From the NCBI GenBank assembly GCA_963762255.1, contig CAVXKA010000002.1:576001-640000 (forward strand): a stretch of DNA of 64,000 nucleotides, read 5' to 3'. Each line of letters starts with the position of its first letter. Position 1 is the stretch's first letter. This document shows positions 40,330-51,776 of the stretch, piece after piece. The DNA is from Candidatus Eiseniibacteriota bacterium (lineage in GTDB: Bacteria > Eisenbacteria > RBG-16-71-46 > JABDJR01). A program made the translations under genes and the position numbers. Under the pieces are notes generated by a model. The model searched no databases, was not told where the DNA came from, and saw nothing but the letters and a program-made list of their open reading frames with translations.

Positions 40330-40336
40330 TCATTGT

Positions 40337-41410
40337 CTAGGCCGACGTCTCCGACATCTCCGCTTCGAAGTTCACCTTGTCTTCGATGCGGAGGCGGTGC
40401 GTCTTAAGCAAGTCGTCCAATTCTTCCCGGCTCAGGATGCGATCCGCCGAGGTGTATTCCCGGCCCAACCGCGGGCGCAACTCATTCGGATCGACCAGCT
40501 CCGGCAGAATGGGCTGAATCACGTAGTACTCGTCGCTGTGAATGACCGTTCGATTGCCTTCCTCTTCCGAGATGAGGCTCTCGTGGATCTTCTCGCCGGG
40601 CCGGATCCCGATGACTTGTACCTCGATCGGCCTCTGCCCGATCAGTGCGTTCGCGAGATCGATGATGCGGGCCGCCGGCACCCGCGGCACAAATGTTTCG
40701 CTACGCCGCGCGCTCGTGAGCGCCGCAAAGATCGTGTCCACCGCCCGATCCAGGCTGAGCAGGAATCGTGTCATGTCCGTCGTGGTGATGGTCACCGGCC
40801 CGCCGTTGCGAATCTGCTCGTGAAACATGGGAATCACTGAGCCGCGCGAAACGAGCACGTTGCCGTAGCGCACGCAAATGAACCGTGTCTGCGGGCATTC
40901 CAGGTTCGCATGGATGAAGAGCCGCTCCTGGATCGCCTTGGTCATCCCCATCACGTTGACCGGCTTACAGGCCTTATCGGTCGAGATTCCGACGACGGTG
41001 TCGATGGGCAGCTCGTGCTCCCGGATGGCCCGCACGATGTTCTGCGGTCCGTTGATGTTCGTCTGCACTGCTTCAAAGGGAAAGTACTCGCACGTCGGCA
41101 CTTGCTTGAGGGCGGCGGTGTTGAACACGACATCTACGTCGCGCAGGGCCGAGCAGATGCTGTCGTAGTTACGCACGTCACCGATGCGAAACGTCACCAG
41201 CGCCTGAAAATTGCGGTAGACGAAATCGTTCACGGCCACGCTTCGGTTCTGGTACTCCATCCGCATGTAGTGCTGCTTGGCCTCGTCGCGCGAGTAGACG
41301 ATGATCTGCTTGGGCGTGCCCGATTCCGAGTCAAGCAGTCGTCGAATCAGCACCCTACCCAACGACCCGGTGCCGCCCGTGACCAGAATCCGCTTACCTT
41401 CCAGAATCAT
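40337..41410 (-). CDS. Polysaccharide biosynthesis UDP-GlcNAc 4,6-dehydratase (CapD/FnlA/PseB-like)
   Basis: TGGTGSLG, SRDEAKQ, AALKQVPTCE, ISTDKA..PVNVMGMTK, RYGNV..SRGSVIP, GIRPGEK-HE. Confidence 0.92.
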   Translation of the reverse strand: MILEGKRILVTGGTGSLGRVLIRRLLDSESGTPKQIIVYSRDEAKQHYMRMEYQNRSVAVNDFVYRNFQALVTFRIGDVRNYDSICSALRDVDVVFNTAALKQVPTCEYFPFEAVQTNINGPQNIVRAIREHELPIDTVVGISTDKACKPVNVMGMTKAIQERLFIHANLECPQTRFICVRYGNVLVSRGSVIPMFHEQIRNGGPVTITTTDMTRFLLSLDRAVDTIFAALTSARRSETFVPRVPAARIIDLANALIGQRPIEVQVIGIRPGEKIHESLISEEEGNRTVIHSDEYYVIQPILPELVDPNELRPRLGREYTSADRILSREELDDLLKTHRLRIEDKVNFEAEMSETSA

Positions 41411-42177
41411 GTCTGTCTCCCGTGTCGAGTCTGTTGCCGCGGAGCGTTTCTCATTGCCTTGAGCGTGAAGCTGACGACCCGCAGCCCGTAGCGTACTGCC
41501 GGCGCTGACGACTTCGCGTGATCGCCATAGAGGGGGGGGACAGGCACCTCTTCGATGCGGAACTTCTGCCGCGCCGCGAGGAGGAGAACCTCAACATCGT
41601 AGTTGTACCAGGTCGTCAGCTCGTTCTGCAGGATCCAGTCCACCACCTCGCGCGTGCAGCCGCGCATCCCGTCGTGGAACGAGTGGAGATTGGTCCGGAG
41701 GCACATATTCTGAAACCACGTCAGCCCGAAATGCCCGAGCACTCGGTCGAGCGGCATGTTGTTTCGCCCCTCGGGCGAAAGCAGCTTCAGCCAACCCTGA
41801 TCCCGCCCGACATTCATCAGGTACATCAACCGGGAGCCGATGGAAAGATCGCACCGCCCGGCATAGAGTGGCGCCAGCACCAGCGGAATCTCCTCGGGCC
41901 GGTGACCGAGATCCCCGTGGATGTTGATGGTCAGGTCGGCGTTGCGCTCGACGGCAAGCTGGTAGAGCCGCTGGCTCGTTCCCCCGTAACCGAGGTTAGC
42001 GGGATTGCGAACGGCATGGACGCGGGGCAACTTCTGAGCCACCGCGAGCGTGTCATCGGCGCTAGCATCGTCCACGACGATGATCTCGTCCGAGTCGCCG
42101 GGTAGCTGGATGCGGTTGACGACCTCCGGGAGAACGTGCGCGCAGTTGTAGGCGGGAATTAGCACGCACAGTTTCAT
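41407..42177 (-). CDS. Glycosyltransferase family 2
   Basis: LIPAYN, IIVVDDAS-D-T, NLGYGG. Confidence 0.88.
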   Translation of the reverse strand: MKLCVLIPAYNCAHVLPEVVNRIQLPGDSDEIIVVDDASADDTLAVAQKLPRVHAVRNPANLGYGGTSQRLYQLAVERNADLTINIHGDLGHRPEEIPLVLAPLYAGRCDLSIGSRLMYLMNVGRDQGWLKLLSPEGRNNMPLDRVLGHFGLTWFQNMCLRTNLHSFHDGMRGCTREVVDWILQNELTTWYNYDVEVLLLAARQKFRIEEVPVPPLYGDHAKSSAPAVRYGLRVVSFTLKAMRNAPRQQTRHGRQT

Positions 42178-42183
42178 CAGGGA

Positions 42184-43020
42184 TTACCCTTCCAGCTCCG
42201 GTAGGAGGCGCCAGTGGCCTCGCGAATCGGCGAACTGCGGCAGCTCGGCGATTTGCTGGCGCAGGCTGGCAATCCCCAGCTGCCCGACGAATTCCGGATG
42301 GGTCGTCCGCAGCCGGGTGTCCCGCGCGGTTGAGTCATCGGCCGGCGTGATCTCGACCTGTACCCCGAACGCCTCGCGCATCAACTCCAGCAGCTCGAGC
42401 TTGGTCACGTCGTCGCTGAAGACGTGCCGCAAGCAATGAGCGTGCAGTCCGTTCCGCAGGATCCGATCGATGACCCGGCTCAGTTGAATCGTCGTCACGC
42501 CGTTCCACAGGTGATTACGGTAGCCCTGGCATCGCGATTGCGCCAGGAACCAATTGAGGAGCGAATAGTGGTTGGTCCGTTCGGGGCCGATGATGGACGT
42601 TCGGAGCACCAGGCAGTTGCGCGGCTCGCCGAGGGCCTTGGAGCGCCCGTACAGATCGGTCGCCGTCGGCGCATCGGCCTCCGTGTACTGCCCCCGCCGG
42701 CCGTCATACACGCAATCGGTCGAGACGTGGATCATTCGCACCGACTGGGCTTCGCACCGGTCGGCCAGGAGACGCGGCCAGAGGCTATTGATCTGGTAGA
42801 AGTCCGCCGGCCCGGCCTGCATGTGTCGATTGATCAGGCCCAGGGCATTGATGCAGTAGTCGGTGCCGGTCAGGTCGAGGCTACCCACCGGATCGCGGAG
42901 CACGTCGAATTGCGGCCGGTCGATCGCGCGAACGCGATGTCCGGTAGCGCGGAGCTGCTGCAAGACTGCCGTGCCCAGCATTCCTCCGGCGCCCAGAACG
43001 AGGACAGAAAGACCCGTCAA
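42184..43020 (-). CDS. RmlD-like NDP-4-keto-6-deoxysugar reductase (SDR)
   Basis: LGAGGMLG, IHVSTDCVYDG, YGRSK, LRTSIIG. Confidence 0.85.
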   Translation of the reverse strand: MTGLSVLVLGAGGMLGTAVLQQLRATGHRVRAIDRPQFDVLRDPVGSLDLTGTDYCINALGLINRHMQAGPADFYQINSLWPRLLADRCEAQSVRMIHVSTDCVYDGRRGQYTEADAPTATDLYGRSKALGEPRNCLVLRTSIIGPERTNHYSLLNWFLAQSRCQGYRNHLWNGVTTIQLSRVIDRILRNGLHAHCLRHVFSDDVTKLELLELMREAFGVQVEITPADDSTARDTRLRTTHPEFVGQLGIASLRQQIAELPQFADSRGHWRLLPELEG

Positions 43021-43058
43021 GCCCTTGCTCCTTGATTGATAGGACGTTAGGGCGAAAG

Positions 43059-43087
43059 AGCTTACCCGAGCGCAGGGGCTGAGTCAA
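43059..43087 (-). promoter_or_regulatory. Sigma70 promoter of the three-gene sugar operon
   Basis: Minus strand TTGACT-17 nt-TAAGCT, 40 bp upstream of the start. Confidence 0.6.
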
Positions 43088-43111
43088 GGTCGGCCGGCCC
43101 CGACGCGGACA

Positions 43112-46100
43112 TCAATGGGGCACCGGCATCGGAGTCGAATCGCCCGCGGGATCCCCCATCACCACCCGCACGTGATGGACGGCGCCGTCATCGACCAGCG
43201 GGATCGCCCGGTAGTCGACCCGGACTCCGTCCAGCATCGCTTCCGCGACCCCACGGCTCCGCCGACCGGGATTCTCTACGGCGATCTCGTACCGGCTCCG
43301 CCCGTGCCGCCACCGCACGACAAAGCGATCCCACGTGCCGGGAACACACGGCGTGACGGTGAAGCAGTTGCCGCGGCGCTTGAGTCCGAGGATCGTCTCG
43401 AGACCCAGGCGATACATCCAGGCCGCCGAGCCTGTGTACCAGGTCCATCCGCCTCGGCCGATATGCGCGGGGTGCGTGTAGACATCGGCCGCCACCACGT
43501 AGGGCTCCACCTTGTACCGCTCGACATCGGCGGAGGTGCGAGTGCGGTTGATCGGGTTCAGCATGTGGAAGAGTTCGACCGCCTCGTCACCGCTGCCCAA
43601 CTGCGCGATCGCCATCACCGTCCAGAGCGCGGCATGCGTGTACTGTCCCCCGTTCTCGCGCACGCCGGGCACGTAGCCCTTGATGTACCCGGGGTCCAGC
43701 GTCGACTGATCGAACGGCGGCGCAAGCAACTGAATCACACCCGCGTCACGTCGCACGAGCTGCATACGGACCGCGTCCATGGCGCGCTCGGCGCGGCTCC
43801 TCGGTGCGGCTCCCGACAACACGGCCCAGCTCTGCGAGATCGCGTCGATCCTGCATTCCTGGGCCTGGGCGGACCCGAGCGGCGTGCCGTCGTCGAAGTA
43901 CGCGCGACGATACCAGTCGCCGTCCCACGCCTGCTCGAGCATGAGACCCATCCGCTGGCGCTCGGCGCGCCATCGCGCGGCCCGCGCGCTGTCTCCACGC
44001 GCCTCCGTCAGCGCGGCGAAGTCCTGCAGGATCTTGGAGAGGAACCAACCCAGCCAGACGCTCTCACCGCGGCCGAGATGCCCGACCCGGTTGAGACCGT
44101 CATTCCAGTCGCCGGTCCCGATCAGCGGCAGACCGTGCGAGCCCATGGTCAGGCATCGCTCGATCGCGCGCACGCAATGCTCGTAGAGCGTCCCGCTCTG
44201 GCCCGCTATCGCGGGCTGACCGTAAGCGTCCAACTCACCAGGGGCAAGCACCGGCGCCTCTAAGAACGGCATGGACACGTCGAGTACGGCCCGATCGCCG
44301 GTGCACTTCAGGTAGCGGGCTACCGCAAGAGGGAGCCACAGCAGATCGTCGGAGCAGCGGCTGCGCACGCCCCGACCGGTGTGATCGTGCCACCAATGTT
44401 GAACGTCTCCTTCGATGAACTGGCGGCCGGCGCACCGCAGAAGGTGCTCGCGGTAGAGGTCAGGCCGCGCGAACACGAGCGCCATCACATCCTGCAACTG
44501 GTCGCGGAAACCGTAAGCGCCGCCCGGCTGGAAGAATCCGGTGCGGCCCCACAGGCGCGAACTCACCGACTGGTAGACCAGCCAGCGATTCATGATCAGG
44601 TCGAAGGAATCGTCCGGCGTTTCGACCTGCACGGTGTCGAGCATCGCATCCCAGTGCGCCTCGACCTGTTCCAGCGCCTTGCCCGCAGCCTCGCCGCTGC
44701 CGAAGCGGGCTGCCAGAGCCAACGCGTGCGCCCGGCTGTCGCCCTGACCCAGCAGCAGCACGATGTCCCGCGTCTCGCCTGGTTCGAGATCGACGCGGAC
44801 CTGAAGTGCGGCGCAGGGGTCGAGACCGGCGCCGAAGTGCTGCCCCAGGAACTCGCGGGTCAGGGCCGCGGGCCTGCGCAGCGATCCGTTTCGGCCGAGG
44901 AACTCCGTTCGGTCGCCGGTGGCCGACGCGGGTCGCACGCTCGCGTGGGCAAACGCCACGCGCTCGGAGAAGTCGGAGTTGTACGGATTGCGCGCCAGCA
45001 CGGCGCCGGTCTCCTGATCCTGCTCGGTGATGACGAATCGGTGCTCGCCGGCTCGCGGCGGGCACAGCGCCCACTCGTTGTAGGCGAACACGCTCACGTG
45101 CCGAGTGACCCCGGACTGATTGGTGAGCGAAACCCGAGAGAGTTTGACGGGTTCTTCCGCGTGCACGAACACCGCGAGTTCGCAGGTGACGCCGTGGGCG
45201 CTATGGGCGTAGCGCGTGACTCCTGCGCCGTGGCGCGTGACCCAGCGGCCGCCCTCGCGCGACCGCGGCAGGGGGCCCGGCGTAGCACCCCACACGTCCC
45301 CGCTGTCGTCGTCGCGCAGATAGACCGCCTCGCCGCTGAACTCGCTCACCGGGTCGTTGCCGAACGGCGTGAGACGGTTCTCGCGACTGTTGCCGGCCCA
45401 GGTCCAGGCCGCGCCGGTGGCGCCGACGACGGTCCCGAACCGCTCGTTCGCGATGACGTTCACCCACGGCTGAGGAGTGTCCGCATCCCCCCGCAGCACG
45501 ATTGCGTATTCGCGCCCTTCGGCGGTGAATCCGCCGAGTCCGTTCGGGTGGGTGAGCGGTGGGGCCTCGACCTCAGGCGCAGCAGCTCCCGCGTCTCCGA
45601 CCTTGGACGCCGGCCGCGCAAACAACGCGGGGGGCCAAGTCCGCTCACGGTGCGGGAGACCGAGTTGGTCCGCCAGGTCGCCCTGCCCGCCGTTCAGCAC
45701 CGCACGTGCCGCGGCCAGCAGCACCACGCGTTGCGCCTCGGGCATGCCGTCACCGCGCAGCAGGAACACGCCCCCGGGGCGGTCCCTCCAGGCGGCCCAG
45801 GAGCCCTTTTCGAGCAGCCCCTTGAGTTGCTCCTGGATCTCCTCCAGGTAGCTCATCTGGTATTCATTGAGGAGAACGACGTCGGCGCTGAGGCCCTTCA
45901 ACCGCCAGTACTCTTGCGCGCGCAAGACCTGCCGCACCAGGGACAGGTCGCCATCCTGGACCACGCGCACGATCAGGATCGGCAGGTCGCCTGACACGCC
46001 GTGGGCCCAGAGATCGGACTGACCGAGCGTGTTATCCGCGAGAAGCGTGGGGGCGGCGCGAAGCGCGGCGTCGGTCCACAGCACGTGCGAGGCGAGCCGT

Positions 46101-49100
46101 TCGTAAAGCTGCGCTTCGGCGGTCGAGATCCCCAGGTGACGCAGTCGCATCTGGGTCATGGTGGCGGCCAGCGCGAAGGTCCGCGCGGCCGAGGCGGGAT
46201 CGTCGTACTTCTCCGCCAGCGCCATCGCCGCGACACGGCTCGTGGTGACGCCTGTCGCGAACGCAAGACGTACCTGCCCGCCGGGAGCGATGCGGACGCG
46301 TCGGCGCAGGCTCAGGATCGGGTCGAGCACCGCCCCCGTGGTGCCCGAGAGCGCCCGGCCGTCAAGCGCGATGGGGTTCTCCGGCGTCCGCCCCCGGCCC
46401 AGGAACCGCGCGCGGTCGGTCTCCCACTCGACTGCCCCTGGGACGCCGTCCTCGACGCTCAGCACATGCACGGCCCACGGCGTCAGCTCGTCGGGGGATC
46501 TCGGGCGGCGACCGCACAGCAGCGCGGTGCATTCCGGACGGTACTCGGTCTCGAGGAACAGCTTGAGGAACGCCGGGTGAGCGAGATCGTCGCCGGGCGG
46601 AGCGAGCACGATCTCGACGAGGCTCGTCACCTCGATTTCGCGCAGCAGCTCGGTGTGATTGATCAGCGAGACGCGGCGCACCTCGACGTCGTCCTCGGGG
46701 GAAACCGTGATCTCGACCCGCGTCTCGATGCCGTCGTCCGTGCGTTCGAACAACGCCGCATCGGCGAGAAAGGTCACCCGATAGCGCTCGGGCTCACGGC
46801 ACACTGGCTGGTATGCGGCGGACCAGAGCAGGCCGCTTCGCACGTCGCGCAAGTAGATGAACTGACTGCCGGGGTCGCAGGTGGGATCGTCCCGCTGGCG
46901 CGTGACCGAGCTTCCGCTCCACGTGCTGGTGCCGCCCCCGGCGTTGGTGACGATCGCCGTGTACCGCCCGTTCGACAGAAAGTGGGCGCTCGGATAGAGC
47001 GTGTGCGGGGAGCGGAAGCGGCGCGGCGCCGCCGCAGGCACCGATGGGGCGACGCGCGTCGATTCGGCGGGACGCGGCCGGGTCACGGGCACGAAGCGCG
47101 GCACTCGCTCCTGCAGCAAGGGCTCGGTGGCCCGCACGCGGGGATCCGAATGAAGGCGTCGCACCATCGGCGCGGCGAGCACGGCGTTGGTCAGCGCGAC
47201 CAGGCTCATGCCCTGATGATGGGCGAAGAATGCGTGGACGCGATGAAGGCGGACGCGGTCGGGGACTATCTCACCGTCGAGCGTGACGGTCTTGCGCGGA
47301 GTGTAGTCGAGCGCCTCGATGAGCCCGAACCGGCCCACAGCGCCTTCGCGGGAGAGTCGGCGGAAGTTCGCCGCGGCGGCAGTGGGATCGACCTGGGCGG
47401 CCAGCGCGGTGGCGTACGGTGCAATCACCAGATCCTCGGCAAGCCCGCGCTTCAGCCCCAGACCGGGGACACCGAAAGCCTTGTACTGATAGCTGCCGTG
47501 CGGGTCCATGACATGATAGGCGGATTCCGAGATGCCCCAGGGCACCCGGTGGCGTTTGCCGTAGATGATCTGTGCCCGCACCGCCGCGCGACAGGTGTTC
47601 TCGAGCAGGGTCTCGGGATGGCTGCGCAGGAGGAGCAGCGGCATCAGGTACTCGAACATGGAACCGCTCCACGACACGAGTGTGGCGCTACCCTCGACGC
47701 TCACCAGCGCGCGCGCGAGCCGGAACCAATGCTCCTGCGGCACCTCGTCACGCGCGATGGCGATGAAGCTCGCGAGCCTGGCTTCCGATGCAAGAAGATC
47801 GTAGTAGGAGGGATCGAGGCGCCCGGGGCCCTCGGTATCGGCCAACCGGAACCCTATTGAGAAGACTCCACGCGCCCGGTCGTAGAGGAACTTCCAGTTC
47901 ATGCCGTCGGCGAGCCCCTCACAACGGTCGGCGAGGTCGTGAAGTCGCTGGCGCAGCGCATCAGGTTCGGCTGCCTGTGCCGGTATCGGGACGAGCGCCT
48001 CGTCGAGCGCTCGCCCCCACTCCGCGACCGCGTCCGCTTCGGGACCGGCGGGCGCGGCGGCCACGACATCCACGAGAGCGGCACGCAGGCCGCCCGCACG
48101 CCGTCCGGCTGCTTCGAGCCGCGCGATCCCCGACCCGGCTGCGCCGAGCGCCCCGCGCACCCCGTCCAGTTCCCGCCGCGCGAGACCGCAGCACGAAGGA
48201 AGCGACGTCGCCGCATGCGCCGGGCGCTCCAGCGCGGCCAGTGCATCGGCGAGTACGCCCGCGGTGTCGGCCGCGCCCGCGCATCGTCGCGCTTCGTCCC
48301 CAGCGATCTCGGCGATCTCGCGCAGCCCCGCCGACGACGCCATCAACGCGCCGGCCAAGTTACCGCTGTCCACGGTCGAGACGTAGCGTGGGGCGAGAGG
48401 GGCGAGGCTCTCCGTGTCGTACCAATTGAGAAGGTGCCCTTCGTGGCGCTCGAGTGCTTCGAGGGTCGTGAGCGTGCCCTCGACCCGATCCGCCAGCGGC
48501 GCGGTTCCCAAGTATCCCAGGTCATGCGCGGCGAGCGTCGAGAGCAGGCCCATGCCGATATTGGTCGGCGAGGTTCGGTGTGCGATGCGCAGGTCCGGTG
48601 CGCACTGCACATTGTCGGGCGGCAGCCAGTGATCCTCTGCGCCGACGAAGCGTTCGAAGTAGTACCAGGTCCGACGCGCGACGAGCCGCAACTGCTCCGC
48701 GTCTTCGGCCTGCAAGGCCAAGCGCCTCGCGACCACCGGCCGGCTCAGCCACCAGGCGACTCCCGGCGAGGCCAGCCACGCCACCAGGAACGGCGATGCC
48801 AACGGCAACGCGCCAGGTCGCAGCAGGAGCACCCCCAGCAGCACCGCCAGGGCGATGGCCGGGCCCGCCCGCATCTCGACGATGAACACCCAGGGGCCCC
48901 GGCGCGAGAGCAGCCCGGCTGCCTGCGCCGCCGAGGCCGCGGCGGTCTCCCACTCGAGCAGCCGGCGCTGCGTGAAGACCATTCGAACCAGGGTGAGGAC
49001 GATGGCATGCACCATCTCGAAGGCCTGGCTCGCGAGCAGCATGGTCTGGAGCAGCACTTGCGCACCGGCCGTCTCCAGCTCCGCCCACACGTCCCGGACG

Positions 49101-51725
49101 TACACGCCGAACGGCTGCTGTGGGCGCGGGCCGGCGGCGAGGTGAACCAGGGGAGGGAGCAGCGGGAAGCCGAGCACCGCGAGCGCGGCAAGCGTCCACC
49201 TGAGCGGCGAGCCGGGGAGCCAGGTCCACGCCGACGCCAACAGGGCCACCAGCGCCGGCGCCGCGAGGCTGCGGCGCAAATTGTCGAGAATCTTCCAACG
49301 GCTGATGAGCGGCAACCGGCTGAGTTCCAGGCCGTGCGCCGACGGCACCACCGGCAGAACATGAAGCAGGATCTGCCAGTCGCCGCGCACCCAGCGCTGC
49401 TGACGACGCGCGTGGGCCAATACGCTCGAGGGGAACTCGTCCACGAACTCGACGTCCGATACCAAGGCGCAGCGCGCGAACAGCCCTTCGAACAGGTCGT
49501 GCGAGAGCATCACGTTCTCCGCAACGCGACCCTCCAGCGCAGCGGTGAAGGCATCCACGTCGTAGAGACCCTTGCCGGTGAAGCTGCCCTCGCCAAACAG
49601 GTCCTGGTAGGTGTCGGAAACCGCGGTCGTGTACGGATCGACGCCGGTGTGGCCGGCGTATACCCGGGCGAACAGGGAGCGGGCGGCGCTTGCCATCGTG
49701 ACACTGACTCGCGGCTGGAGAATCCCGTAGCCATCGACCACCCGCCGAAGCCTGGGGTCGAATCGCGGACGATTGAGCGGATGCTCGATCACGCCGATCA
49801 ACTGGCGCGCCGCATCCCGCGGCAATCGGGTGTCGCTATCGAGCGTGATGCAATAGCGGACGCGAGGGAGGATCTCCGGGGCGCCCACCTGCACGGTGAA
49901 ACTCGTGTCGCCCGCGCCCCGCAGCAGTCGATTGAACTCCTCGATCTTCCCACGCTTGCGCTCCCAGCCCATCCATACGCCCTCGCTGGCGTTCCACCGG
50001 CGCGCGCGATGGAACAGGTAGAAACGATCTCCGGTGTCTGGTGCGTAGCGCGCGTTGAGCGCGTTGATCCCCTCGACCGCGGCCGCAAGCACCTCGTCTT
50101 CGCCGGGCAGCCGCTCGGACTCCGCATCGGGAAAATCCGTGAGCAACGCAAGATGAATCCGTGGGTCCATGTTGCCGAGGGCGTGAACCTCGAGGTGCTC
50201 CAGCAGAGTCCGGGTGCCATCGATCGACGAGATCAGGGTGGGCACGATCACCATGGTACGTGCCGACTCGGGGATGCCGCCGCGCAGATCGAGCCGCGGC
50301 AGCAACCTTGGTTTCGCGAAGCGATGCACGATGCGGTGCATGAGCGCCACCGCAAGCTCGCTAGCGGGAACGAGCGCCAGGATCCCCACCCAGGCCTGCG
50401 TCCCATAGGCCGCCTGCGCCGCTCCCGCCGCCGCCACTGCCGTCGCCACACCAAATCCCGTGAGCACGCTGCCCGCACCGAGGTAGATCGGCGTGGCGTG
50501 ATCGAGGATCAGGTGCTTCAGACGTTCACGAAACGGAGGCCGGTGAGCTACGTCGACCTCGAGTTCACGGCGGCCGCCGCCGATCAGGTGATACCCGACG
50601 TGTGCCGTCCTCGAGTCAATGCCCAGTCTCTCCGCCGCCTGGCGTGCGCTCTCTACAGCGCGCAACGCGACCCTGACCTGCGCCTCGCCGGTGGGATCCG
50701 CCAGCGCTTCCACCGCGTGGCGGTAGCGGTCGCGACTCGCGAAATCCATGCGACCGTAAACACCGGGCGGATCGCGCTGGAGGATGCGCTCGATCGGACT
50801 GACGTCCTCGACGTACTCGTTCCAGTCGATCGTGGCGCACAGCCGCAGGCTGGTGATGGAGTTGCCCATCGAGAGGTGATTCATCGCCTGTCGCTGATGC
50901 TCGGCGCGCACGGCGTCCTCCACCGTGGTCCCGCAGGCCTCCAGCCGCTCCTCAAGCTGCTTACGCAGCCCGGCTGCACCGGCGCCGTACTCCCGCATGC
51001 GCTGTAACAGTTGATCCACGAACGCGACGTGGAGGGCGTAAGGAAGAGCAGGCAGGCGACCTTTCGGTTGCCCGTTCTCGAACCGGGTGAAGAAGTCATC
51101 CGCATCGAGGCGCCCCGCGCGGCTCTCGATCAACTCCTCGGACAGCCGGCGCAGGTGCTCGATCAGCGCGAGCTTGAGGGTGCTCGGCCACGCCCACAGC
51201 TCACCGATGCTCAGCGGCGCGACGGTCTGGTAGGCGTAGATGAACCGCTCGAGTCGCTTGACGTTCGAGTCGCGCATCGCTGTAGCGGAGGAGTTCCACA
51301 GCCATAGCGTAGATACGCGCCGTGCCGGCACGCTCGCGGGTGGCCAACTTCGGTAGTTCGCGGTAATAGCGCGTCGGGAAGTCGTGCCGGATCTCGCGCA
51401 TCTCGGCTTCAACCAAATGGAAGTTGTCGAGCAGCCATTCCGCGGCGGGCGCCATCGGCTCGCCGTTCCGCACGTCGGCGGCGAGGATGCGGTATGCGTA
51501 CCGAAGCACGCGCGCATCCACCGAAAGGCGGCGCAGCAAGCGAGGAGGGCCGCGTCCCGGGTTTCGCGCCAGGGTGAATTCCGCCGCCAGCGCGCGCGCG
51601 CGTTCCTCGAGACGCTCGACGCCGAGGAGTTCGCCGTGCAGCGGGCTCGAGTCGAGGCCGCTCAACCGCGGGCGCGCCTCGCTCAACTCACGCGCGCGGG
51701 ACAACGTGGCGCCTATGCTTGGCAA
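43112..51725 (-). CDS. ndvB: Cyclic beta-1,2-glucan synthase (NdvB/ChvB/Cgs; GT84+GH94), frameshifted near 51264
   Basis: AAEWLLDNF in the 5' frame (AAGGAG before TTG 51725). Main frame has [76 protein letters not shown]. Confidence 0.92.
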
Positions 51726-51776
51726 CGGCCTGCACTCCTTTCGGAATGGAGCGCGGCGTCTCCGCGGCCCCCACGA

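Noticed and set aside
38364-40340. 658-aa alternative-frame ORF over the OPT gene
   Set aside because: Arg/Gly/Pro-rich off-frame translation; the OPT frame carries all the family motifs.
47939-51007. 1022-aa plus-strand ORF (similar long ORFs at 118-1629, 18460-20439, 20361-22211, 30291-32003, 44381-47860)
   Set aside because: These are antisense shadows of well-supported genes. They are expected in high-GC DNA and carry no recognisable motifs.
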